A stretch of DNA of 61,873 bases, filler included. It is 6 parts of 6 records of this genome, joined end to end, with 100 filler letters (N's around TTAATTAATTAA, not from the genome) between each part and the next. Parts side by side here need not be neighbours in the genome. Positions count along the whole stretch, not along the records: positions 1 to 16,647 come from SRR31147125_31233; 5 more parts are not named here. One strand, 5' to 3'. This document shows positions 1-9,616 of this stretch, one piece after another (position 1 is the first letter of the stretch; each line of letters begins with the position of its first letter). The notes beneath the pieces were generated by a model. It searched no databases. It saw only the letters and a program-made list of their open reading frames with translations, and was not told the origin of the DNA. The translations under genes were made by a program, and so were the position numbers.

Positions 1-1
1 T

Positions 2-85
2 TTTTCCCATATCCGAGAGCATGTCATAGACATGGGGATTTGATTGTTGGATCACCGAATTGAGTTCTGCTGCCAGTTGATTCAT
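2..85 (-). CDS. 5' fragment of a probable class I/II PLP-dependent aminotransferase (runs off the window start)
   Basis: Manual translation from ATG at 85 gives MNQLAAELNSVIQQSNPHVYDMLSDMGK, resembling the N-terminus of a widespread aminotransferase family (MNPLA.ELN..I....PHV.EMLS.LGK). A purine-rich RBS (AGGAAG) lies upstream. Only 28 codons are visible. Confidence 0.55.
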   Translation of the reverse strand, partial: MNQLAAELNSVIQQSNPHVYDMLSDMGK

Positions 86-250
86 TATGCTTTCTTCCTA
101 TACTGGGGAAATCCCTGTTGCCCATCAAGTGTCTATTATTTTCTACGACTATCTATTATTGCTTGCGACGATCCAGCCTTAAAATATATGATGGCTGGTT
201 TTTCAATCGTCGTTGAGAGCACGCCGGCAGGGCATGTTTTACTGAAAAAC

Positions 251-285
251 CAAAAAGATAGAGCCTGTGCTTCACATCAGGCTCT
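251..285 (-). terminator. Intrinsic terminator downstream of the PxxKW gene
   Basis: Inverted repeat AGAGCCTG (260-267) / CAGGCTCT (278-285), followed on the minus strand by ATCTTTTTGGTTTTT. Confidence 0.65.
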
Positions 286-330
286 TTGCCGTACCAACAC
301 CTGACTAAATGGAATTGAGACAAAAACGGC

Positions 331-603
331 TTAACGTCTTTTGGAAGCCTTGATCGGATTGAGCTTCTGCTTCTTGGTCTCGACAACGGTTTTAACATGG
401 GTCGCCATGTTGCAGTTTCCGTTTTTCCATTTCATTTCCGGATCGGGAGCGGCGGTACAATATTTTCCCGAATCTTTTTCCACGATTCTCTGGCACCCTT
501 CACACTGCTCAACAATAGGTTTACACTCGCCGCCGTTATATTTACAGCCCTTGGCTGACATGAACACACATTCATCGCCGTTTCTTACAGTTGTACAAAT
601 CAT
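331..603 (-). CDS. PxxKW family cysteine-rich small protein (90 aa)
   Basis: Eight Cys (including CEGC), the PEMKW motif, CNMATH and a C-terminal KLNPIKASKRR, all typical of this Deltaproteobacterial family. It has its own promoter and terminator. Confidence 0.85.
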   Translation of the reverse strand: MICTTVRNGDECVFMSAKGCKYNGGECKPIVEQCEGCQRIVEKDSGKYCTAAPDPEMKWKNGNCNMATHVKTVVETKKQKLNPIKASKRR

Positions 604-759
604 TTAATTTAACCCCGTTTGTTTTTTCAAAAAATAATGGAAACCTTCCGGTTTCCCCCTGTATTGATAAAATACTTGTTTGACGGCCCACTTTATCCTG
701 TAATTTCAATGCGTAACGCAAGAAAAAAAGCACTCCGTCAGCACATTTTTGAACGTGGT

Positions 760-789
760 AATATACAATACCCGATCAAATCATGTCAA
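760..789 (-). promoter_or_regulatory. Putative sigma70 promoter for the PxxKW gene
   Basis: Minus strand reads TTGACA-N18-TATATT, implying a 5' UTR of about 150 nt. Confidence 0.5.
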
Positions 790-972
790 TAGCGAACCCG
801 ACTTAAAAATTATGAACCATAATACTGTTAAATATTGACAGAAGCTGGGAGAATTCCAATCTTTATCTTTCTTTATCGAGTGAGTTGTTTTATATTTATT
901 GGTCGACTTTGGTACGGCCTTTTTATCCATATGATCCATATATCCTTAGAAAATGAAACGAGACGAGCTGTA

Positions 973-1964
973 ATGATCATTGAAGACGCGATAAACGTAT
1001 TGAGACAGGAAGCGGAAAGCATCCTTCATTTAACCGAAAAAATTGGAACGGATTTTGAAGAATTGGTTGAAGTGATCTGCAATGCCACCGGACGAGTCAT
1101 TGTGGCTGGCATTGGAAAATCCGGTCTGATCGGAAGAAAAATTGTCGCCACCTTGTCAAGCACGGGAACCAACGCCATGTTTCTCCATCCGGTCGAGGCG
1201 ATGCACGGAGATTTGGGAATGGTCTCCCGAGATGACGTATTCATTGCCATCTCCAACAGTGGAGAGACGTCGGAGCTCAACATCCTTCTTCCTTCCATTC
1301 GAGCCCTAGGTTGCAAGATGATCGCGTTTACGGGAAACCTCACGTCAACCATGGCCCAACAGTGCGACCTGATCATTGATACCGGGGTTGAAAAGGAAGC
1401 GTGTCCCCTTGGTCTGGCTCCCACCTGCAGTACCACCGCCCAATTGGCAATGGGGGATGCCCTGGCTGTGGTCCTGATCAACAAAAAGGATTTCAAACCA
1501 GTGATTTTAAACGCTCCCACCCCGGTGGATCTTTGGGGCAGCGCCTATCCTGCATGGTAGGGGAAATCATGCATACCGGAGAAGCCATTCCAAAAGTCCG
1601 AATGGGGAGTGCGATGTCCGATGCCATTTCCGAGATGGAAACATACCGATTGGGAGCGGTTCTGATTTTAGATCTGAATAATGCCGTTCGAGGGATCATT
1701 ACGGATGGCGATATCAGACACCTGCTTGCCAAACAAAGAGAAGCCCTTCCAACGTCCTCAGACCTCTCAAGCCTGACTGTGGAGACAGTGATGACAACCG
1801 ATCCTCACACCATTTTACCTGAGCTGCCGTTATATGATGCCCTGAACATCATGGAGCGTCACCAAATCACCTTTCTTCCGGTGACAAATATGGAAAATCA
1901 ATTGCTGGGTACGCTTCATCTCCATGACATTCTCGGCAAAGGCACCCTTAAATTCAACGGATGA
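973..1964 (+). CDS. kdsD: KpsF/GutQ family arabinose-5-phosphate isomerase (SIS + CBS pair), split by a 1-nt frameshift at the A5 run 1483-1487
   Basis: GIGKSGLIGRKIVATLSSTGT, HGDLGM and EKEACPLGLAPT lie in ORF 835-1560. FKRSHPGGSLG and the CBS domains lie in ORF 1401-1964. Adding one A gives the continuous INKKGFQTSDFKRSHPGG. The stop overlaps the pfkA start (ATGA). Confidence 0.9.
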
Positions 1965-3295
1965 AAAAAATGACAACAGACGCCATCGACACCCAAATAC
2001 AGGTACTTGGAGAAGCAAAAATTTCCTCTCCTCTCAAAGGTAAAATCAAGGGGGGCTACACCAGTCGCTTTGTCGACGAATCGAGCCGCATTATCTCTCT
2101 TGTGGATGCCAAAGAGGTCCAAAGGCATATCGATAACGGATGGGAACTCCCAAGCTTTGAGAAAGCAGGTCCGAGGGAAAAAATCTACTTTGACCCCAGC
2201 AAACTCAAATGTGCGATTGTGACTTGCGGCGGACTTTGTCCCGGTCTCAACGACATTATCCGGTCGGTGGTGTTGGAACTGCACTATTGCTACGGCGTCA
2301 AAAATAGTTACGGCATCAAATACGGATTGCAGGGATTTATTCCTGAATATGGTCATGATGTGGTGGAGCTTTCTCCGGCTGCGGTCTCCAATATTCTGGA
2401 TATGGGCGGCACCATTTTAGGCTCTTCTCGGGGTACCCAGGACATTGAAGCGGTGGTGGATTGTCTGGAACGAATGAATATCGGAATCCTTTTTATGGTT
2501 GGAGGAGACGGCACGTTGAGGGCGGCCAATCACATCGCCGACGAAATCAATGCCCGCAACCTGAAAATAAGCGTCATCGTGATCCCCAAAACCATTGACA
2601 ACGATATTGTGCTGGTCTCCCGTACATTCGGATTCGATACTGCGGTGGACATTGCCACCAACGCCATCAAAGGGGCGCATAACGAAGCCGCCGGTTACCC
2701 TTACGGCATCGGTTTGATCAAACTCATGGGACGTCATGCCGGTTTCCTGGCTGCGACGGCCGCCCTGGCCCAGCAAGATGCCAACTTTGTATTGATTCCC
2801 GAAATCGAGATGGATCTTCATGGGAAATCCGGTTTTTTGGCAACCCTGGAAAAACGATTATTGGAACGAAAACATGCGGTGGTGGTGGTGGCTGAAGGCG
2901 CCGGGCAACAGTTCTTTACCGATCAACAAACCGAATTCGACCCCTCCGGAAATATCAAGCTGAAAGACATCGGACTTTTTCTTAAAAACGAGATCACTGC
3001 GTGGTTCACGGATAAAGAGATTGATATTACATTGAAATATATCGATCCCAGCTATATGATCCGCAGCCTCCCGGCCAATGCCAACGACAGTGTATTCTGC
3101 GGATTTTTAGGCAGAGATGCCGTCCACGCCGGTATGGCGGGAAAAACCAAACTACTCATCAGTCACTGGAATAACCACTACGTGCATATTCCCATGGAAG
3201 CATCGGCAGGAAAGCGAAAAAATGTGGATCCCCAAGGGAAGCTGTGGCAGTCGGTACTCGAGGCAACCGGTCAAGGTCGTCTTGTCAATGGATAA
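1961..3295 (+). CDS. pfkA: 6-phosphofructokinase (long clade X type, probably ATP-dependent)
   Basis: TCGGLCPGLN, GGDGT (Gly at the donor-specificity position), PKTIDND, MGR and YIDPSYMIRS motifs. Confidence 0.9.
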   Translation: MKKMTTDAIDTQIQVLGEAKISSPLKGKIKGGYTSRFVDESSRIISLVDAKEVQRHIDNGWELPSFEKAGPREKIYFDPSKLKCAIVTCGGLCPGLNDIIRSVVLELHYCYGVKNSYGIKYGLQGFIPEYGHDVVELSPAAVSNILDMGGTILGSSRGTQDIEAVVDCLERMNIGILFMVGGDGTLRAANHIADEINARNLKISVIVIPKTIDNDIVLVSRTFGFDTAVDIATNAIKGAHNEAAGYPYGIGLIKLMGRHAGFLAATAALAQQDANFVLIPEIEMDLHGKSGFLATLEKRLLERKHAVVVVAEGAGQQFFTDQQTEFDPSGNIKLKDIGLFLKNEITAWFTDKEIDITLKYIDPSYMIRSLPANANDSVFCGFLGRDAVHAGMAGKTKLLISHWNNHYVHIPMEASAGKRKNVDPQGKLWQSVLEATGQGRLVNG

Positions 3296-3320
3296 CATTC
3301 TTAGAACAATTGTATAATTT

Positions 3321-5374
3321 ATGGAACTTTTTAAAGAAGACAGCGACAACAGGTCACGAAAACAATCCTCCGGTTACAACGCGCGCTCCATTGAGGTCTT
3401 AAAAGGCCTCGATCCTGTCAAGCGAAGACCCGGCATGTACACCGATACCGCCAATCCCAACCATCTGGCCCACGAAGTGATCGACAACAGTGTGGACGAA
3501 GCCATTGCCGGTCACGCCAGTCAAATTGACGTCATCCTGCATACGGACAACTCATTGGAAGTTTCCGATAACGGCCGGGGCATGCCGGTGGATATCCATC
3601 CGGAAGAAAAGATCTCCGGCGTGGAGCTGATCATGACCCGTCTCCATGCCGGGGCCAAGTTTTCCAATAAAGATTACACCTTTTCCGGCGGACTCCATGG
3701 TGTGGGGGTTTCCGTGGTCAATGCTCTCTCTTCAACGTTGGATGTCAAAATTGCCAGGGGCGGAAAATTATACGGCATCACCTTTGCCGATGGGGAAAAA
3801 ACCGAAGAGCTGAAAATCATCGGAAAAACGGGAGTCAAGAAGAGCGGTACCGCCATTCGGTTCCATCCCGATAAATCATATTTTGACCGGGAAAAATTCA
3901 CTCCCAAAGCATTGAAGCATTCCCTGAAAGCCAAAGCGGTCTTGTGTCCGGGACTGAAAACCACATTCCTTGACCAATATACCGACGAACGAAACGAGTG
4001 GCAGTACGACAATGGGTTGCAGGACTACTTGGACAGTTCGCTGGAAGCGGTGGAGACCCTGTTTGACCACTCTTTCAGCGAAGAAAAGCAGTTTGAAGAT
4101 GCCACAGTGGCCTGGGCCGTCAACTGGAGCGTCGACACCAACGAAAACCTTTGTGAAAGCTATGTCAACCTGATCCCAACCTCCCAGGGAGGAACCCATG
4201 TGAATGGGTTTCGTGCCGGCATTTTGGAATCGTTGAGGGAATTTTGCGGTTTTCGAGATCTTCTGCCAAAAGGGGTGACCATTGCACCGGAGGATATCTG
4301 GCACAACATCGGCTTTATTCTCTCCGTCAAACTAACCGAAGCCCGTTTCTCCGGCCAGACAAAAGAGCGCTTATCCTCCCGGCACTGCATCACCATTGTC
4401 AGTTCAGCCGTTCGAGATGCTTTCAGTCTCTGGCTCAATCAAAATACGGAGTACGGAGAGAAGCTGGCGGAAATGGCAGTGGAGCACGCCAAGACCCGAA
4501 TGCGACGCGCAAAAAAAGTCACTCGGAAAAGAATCACCAACGGCCCGGCGCTTCCCGGCAAGCTTGCCGACTGTACCAGCAGTGATCCGGAAAAGAGTGA
4601 GCTGTTTCTGGTTGAGGGAGATTCCGCAGGCGGATCTGCCAAACAGGCCCGGGACAAGAAATATCAGGCCATCATGCCACTGAGGGGCAAAATCCTCAAC
4701 ACATGGGAAACCGACTCCGAATTGATTCTGGCATCAAAAGAAATTCATGATATCTCCGTTGCCATGGGGGTCGATCCGGATAACGAAGATATCTCCGGCC
4801 TTCGGTATCACAAAATCTGCATCCTTGCCGATGCCGACTCCGATGGACTTCATATTGCCACCCTTCTTTGTGCCCTTTTCTACCGGCATTTCCCCGAAGT
4901 TGTCCGTCAGGGTCATATATTCGTGGCCATGCCGCCCCTCTTTCGCATCGATGTAGGAAAAGAGATTTTCTACGCTTTGGATGAATCGGAAAAAGAGAAC
5001 ATTGTCAAAAAAATCAAGCGAAGAAAAAAACAGACAAAAATCAACGTCCAACGATTCAAAGGTTTGGGTGAGATGAATCCCATCCAATTGAGAGAAACCA
5101 CCATGGCCCCGGAAACCCGCCGTCTGGTTCAGCTGGTTGTGGAATCTCCCCCCTTCAATCAAATGATGATGATTTAAATACCAACGAGGATGACTTTAAT
5201 TTAAGCGGCATGACAAAGGGGTCAACCTCTGATTTAGATGACCAGAATCAAAAGAATAACTCCGAAGAAGAGACCGTTTTCGAAACCATGGATATGCTTC
5301 TGGGGAAAAAGCGAGCTGCCGATAGACGGCGCTGGATTGAAGCCAAAGGTAACATCATGGAAATGGAGCTATAA
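3321..5374 (+). CDS. parE: DNA topoisomerase IV subunit B, split by a 1-nt frameshift at the C6 run 5148-5153
   Basis: EVIDNSVDE, GGLHGVGVSVVNALS, EGDSAGGSAKQARD, PLRGKILN, DADSDG and QRFKGLGEMNP motifs, without the GyrB insertion. The -1 frame after 5153 encodes the conserved tail MDMLLGKKRAADRRRWIEAKG and ends at TAA 5372-5374. Confidence 0.9.
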
Positions 5375-5694
5375 TGGATGATAAGCGAACCGAACCCCGA
5401 ATCGAACTAAAAGAGCGATACCACAGTGTCGAAATTCAAACGATAAGGACGCGTCTCACTTATCAATTTAAAATCTGGAATATCTCTTCCAAAGGGATGT
5501 GCCTTTTGGTCGGCAGTGAGTCAAACTTCCTTGAACATGTGGATATTGGAGAAGTCATTGAGATCAGATATTACCCCAAAAATCTCTCATGGCCGCCGGA
5601 AGTCCACAAAACGGAAATCCGACACATTTCCAAAGCAGATCCGGAGCGCTTTAAAGATCACTTTTTTGTGGGCCTTATGATTCTACAAAATTAG
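5374..5694 (+). CDS. Stand-alone PilZ domain protein (c-di-GMP receptor)
   Basis: RxxxR (RTEPR) and D/NxSxxG (NISSKG) motifs in a 106-aa ORF. Confidence 0.8.
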   Translation: MDDKRTEPRIELKERYHSVEIQTIRTRLTYQFKIWNISSKGMCLLVGSESNFLEHVDIGEVIEIRYYPKNLSWPPEVHKTEIRHISKADPERFKDHFFVGLMILQN

Positions 5695-5707
5695 GAAAAT
5701 CCAACGA

Positions 5708-6967
5708 ATGAATCCCAACGTAACATCCAACATCCGAAAATTATATATTATCAAGATTTCAAAATGGCTCATGCTCACCATGCCCATTCTCTTTCTTTTT
5801 TACAAAGAGAACGGACTCATCACCCAAGATCTCTTTCTGCTCAAAGCAGCTTACTCCATCTCCATTGTGATCATGGAAATCCCCTCGGGTTACTTTGGTG
5901 ACATATGGGGTAGAAAAAATTCATTGATCCTTGGAAGTGTTTTGGGATTTATAGGGTTTGCCCTCTATTTCATTTCCCACTCTTTCTGGAGCTTTTTGGC
6001 ATGTGAAATGATTCTTGGAATCGGCCAAAGTTTCATTTCCGGATCAGACTCCGCTCTGCTTTATGATACATTGTTGGAAGCCGGTGAAAAAAAGAACTAT
6101 ACAAAAATCGAAGGCAGACTCATTTCATTAGGGAATTTTGCCGAAGCCATTGCCGCTCCCATTGGGGTTATGTTGGCGATCATCAGTTTTAGGACGACAT
6201 TCTTTTTTCAAGCAGTCGTGGCTTTCAGTGCAGTTCCTGCCTCCATTTTGCTGTATGAACCAGGCTTACTTCGCTTGAAAAAAAGCCCCCCAAAAGAAAA
6301 CGTGAATATCAGTTGCCGCAACAAGGAACTGCAGAAGAAGAGAGAGCTTCTCAAGATCATTCAATATGCCTTGGTGGAAAACAGGCTACTTAAGTGGCAC
6401 ATTTACTATTCATCCATCATGGGAACCGCTACATTGACCATGGCATGGTTCGTCCAACCGTGTCTGGTCCACTTTACCGTTCCTTTGGGATTGTACGGCA
6501 TTATCATCCCTCTGTTGAACCTGACTGCAGGAGTGACGGCCATGCATGCCTGGAAGTTTGAAAAACGGATGGGGCAACATCGGACAACTCTATTTATCGT
6601 ATTTTCCATTGCCTCGGGCTATTTTCTTGTGGGACTTGCCACACCTGTTTGGGCCATGTTGTTTCTCTTTCTCTTTTACATTGCAAGGGGAATTGCAACA
6701 CCGGTGCTGAGAAACTATATCAATGAGATCACGCCATCGGAGATCAGGGCCACGGTTCTTTCCATCAGAAGTTTGGTGATACGTCTCTCATTTGTGATCC
6801 TAGGACCAATTTTGGGATGGACAGCTGATACAGCGGGAATACCATCGGCATTGACGGCAGGTGGGGCCATTTTTTTAATTGGCGGGGTTCTATCGGGTAT
6901 GGCGTTAATGAAATGCACTGATGAAAGATTAGCTCATCAAAGCGCTCCTTTTAACGCCCTTTCATAG
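5708..6967 (+). CDS. MFS transporter
   Basis: About 12 hydrophobic segments; EIPSGYFGDIWGRK (motif A-like), SGSDSALLYD and RATVLS. Confidence 0.85.
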   Translation: MNPNVTSNIRKLYIIKISKWLMLTMPILFLFYKENGLITQDLFLLKAAYSISIVIMEIPSGYFGDIWGRKNSLILGSVLGFIGFALYFISHSFWSFLACEMILGIGQSFISGSDSALLYDTLLEAGEKKNYTKIEGRLISLGNFAEAIAAPIGVMLAIISFRTTFFFQAVVAFSAVPASILLYEPGLLRLKKSPPKENVNISCRNKELQKKRELLKIIQYALVENRLLKWHIYYSSIMGTATLTMAWFVQPCLVHFTVPLGLYGIIIPLLNLTAGVTAMHAWKFEKRMGQHRTTLFIVFSIASGYFLVGLATPVWAMLFLFLFYIARGIATPVLRNYINEITPSEIRATVLSIRSLVIRLSFVILGPILGWTADTAGIPSALTAGGAIFLIGGVLSGMALMKCTDERLAHQSAPFNALS

Positions 6968-7091
6968 TCAGTACTCGAGAGTCATAACCTCTCTTTTTTC
7001 ACACCGCATGTAGAAAAATTTACATCCATTAATCACAATATACAGTATGAAATCTGAGAATGTATAACTGGAGAGTCAGTACATATCGGCT

Positions 7092-9316
7092 TCAATTTTT
7101 TACCGTGGATTTCAGCTTACTTAACAACACTTTATTGGCATGATCCAGACGATTGGCAAGAACGCCGAAAAGGTGGCTTCCGACATCGGGATACTTCTCG
7201 ATTACTTCAAGTAATTTGTCACCTGGAAACCGTTTTACTTCGCACCTTCCTTTGGAAACAATGGATGCCGATCTCGGCTCGCCGGTGATGGCGGCCATTT
7301 CACCAAAATACTCTCCGGGCTCTGTGATCTCCGCAATTTTTTTACCGCCCTTGACCACATAGAGCGCACCGCGCACCAGCTTAAAGAAGTCGATATCGTT
7401 ATTGCCTTCTCGAATGATGAAATCCTTATCCTGATACTCTTCAATATCGGGATTGACCAGATAGGCGGGTAGCGCCTCTTTGGTGATGGTGGTCTTTTTT
7501 AACACTTCATCCAATGAGGTAACCCCCTGCCTTACCTTCTCAAGACCGGCATCTCGCAGCGTGACCATCCCTTCCTGTACGGCAAGTTTTCTTAGCTGAT
7601 CCTCCGGCACTTCAGCATTGATGGCTTTTGCCACCTCATCGGTCACCTCCATCAACTCATAAAGGCCCACCCGGCCTTTATAACCGGTTCCATTGCAATG
7701 TTTGCAGCCTTTGGGGCCCATGATCTTCAGATCGGGTATTTCCTTTTTATCGAATCCGTAGAGTTCCAGATCCTTGGGGTCATACCCGGTCACTTCCTGC
7801 TTGCATTCGGGACAAAGCCTTCGTCCCAGACGCTGGGAGAGCACCATGGTCACAGAAGAGGCCAGCATGTAGGATGGAATCCCGATGTCGATGAGCCTGC
7901 CGATGGTGGAGGGGCAGTCATTGGTATGGAGCGTACTGAACACCAAATGGCCCGTCATCGCGGCTTTGATAGCGATTTCCGCCGTGTCGATATCTCGAAT
8001 CTCACCCACCATGATAATATCGGGATCCTGCCTTAAAAATGCTTTAAGTGCTGCGGAAAAGGTCATCCCCACTTCATCCCTAACCGGTACCTGATTGATC
8101 CCCCGGAAGTTGAACTCGATGGGATCTTCCGCCGTCAAAATTTTAGTATCTTCCTGATTCAGTTTGTTCAGGATAGAGTATAGTGTGGTGGTTTTACCGC
8201 TACCGGTGGGGCCTGTAACCAGTAGCAGCCCATAAGGTCTGTTGATACATTTCTTTATAACACTGAAGGTCTGCGGCTCAAACCCCAGTTTTGTCAAATC
8301 GACGTTCAGAGCGCTTTGATCCAAAATACGCATAACAATACCCTCCCCCAAAGGGTTGGGAGGGTGGATACACGGAAATCAACGGTTTTTCTCTTTCCGA
8401 GTCGCAGCTTGATTCTGCCGTCCTGGGGAATTCTTCGCTCGGCAATGTCCAGCTCCGCTAAAATTTTAAGCCTGGACGTCACGGCATTTTTAATGTTCAA
8501 GGGCAGGTTGATGGATTTGAAGAGAGAGCCATCCAGACGGTACCGAACCTGAAACGACTTTTCAAAAGGTTCGATGTGAATATCACTGACACCCTGCTTG
8601 ATCGCTTTGGTCAGAATACTGTTCACCAGTTTGATGATGGGAGCATCCGATGCCATGTAGGCATCCGGTCCATCAGCTTCACCGACATCCTGCACTTCCA
8701 GCTCTTCTGCCGCGTCGGCAATGAGCGAGCCCATATCGTCGATATCGGCAACTTCTTCTTCCTCTTCTGCCTCATCTTCGAAGCTGATAAACGCTTTATA
8801 TTCATCGTCATCGATTTTATAAAAATCACGGTAGGCTTGAATGACGTCATTTTCGGTGGAGACACAGGTTTTTAATGTTTTATCGGTTTTTAGAAGCGTG
8901 TTGATTTTGCCCTGGAGCTCTTCAACGGCACCGGTATCCGTTGGTTCCACCATGGTGATGACAATCTCATCGCCTTTCATCCCCAGGGGAAACGCCATGT
9001 ACTCTTTTACAGTTTCAAAAGTCACAGCCTTAATGAGGGAAGCGATCGGTTTGATTTCATTGAACCTCACCACCTGATACCCGTAAAGGCGTCCCAGCAC
9101 ATTGACAATGGTGTCAGGATCGATATAGCTCTGTCTCAACAGAATACTACTCAGGCGGCCACCTGATTTTTTCATCTGGTTCTGGGCATCTTGCAGCTGG
9201 GTACTGGTAATCTGTCCCTCTTTTGAGAGAAGCTCACCAATCTTCAGCTTTCCCGCACCGGATTGATCTTTAATGGTGGATTTTAAACTTGTCCCCTTTC
9301 TTTTCACTGCTACCAT
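7092..9316 (-). CDS. pilB: Type IV-A pilus assembly ATPase PilB with an N-terminal MshEN-like region and a C-terminal cNMP-binding domain; split by a 1-nt frameshift at the G5 run 8345-8349
   Basis: SDIHIEP, DIAERRIPQDGRI and DFRVSTLPT in ORF 8306-9316. GEGIVMRILD, Walker A GPTGSGKTTT, LRQDPDIIMVGEIRD, TGHLVFSTLHTND and the tetracysteine motif (CPEC...CKHC) in ORF 7092-8351. Confidence 0.92.
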
Positions 9317-9347
9317 TTACTCCTCCGGAAGACTTTAAATTTAAAAC

Positions 9348-9554
9348 TCACCGATTATCATATATCTTTTTTCCGCCACCGTAAATCAGCAAAACGCCCA
9401 AAACGTAAAAACAAAATTTTACAATTCCTGCGGCATTTGCAAACGCTTCCATCTCACTGATTCTAGGCATCACCTGGGGGATTCTGTAAAACACGCCCAG
9501 CCCTGCCATAATCAACACAGCACCCCAAATTATCTGAATCTTTTTTTTATCCAT
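9348..9554 (-). CDS. Small two-TM hypothetical membrane protein immediately upstream of pilB
   Basis: 68 aa with two hydrophobic helices; co-oriented with and closely spaced between the ABC-F gene and pilB. Confidence 0.65.
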   Translation of the reverse strand: MDKKKIQIIWGAVLIMAGLGVFYRIPQVMPRISEMEAFANAAGIVKFCFYVLGVLLIYGGGKKIYDNR

Positions 9555-9616
9555 ATCGATTGTCTATTTTCTTTCTTACGTGCTTTGGACACAGAGTTCA
9601 AACCGGCCCCCGCGTC

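Noticed and set aside
676-742. ZTP or c-di-GMP riboswitch in the PxxKW leader
   Set aside because: Only a short CUGACGG...GUGGG resemblance; the 3' pseudoknot motif (GCCUGGGC) and GEMM features are missing.
973-9316. kdsD, parE and pilB as pseudogenes
   Set aside because: Each has a single 1-nt shift in a homopolymer with both halves intact and no other decay; assembly error is more parsimonious.
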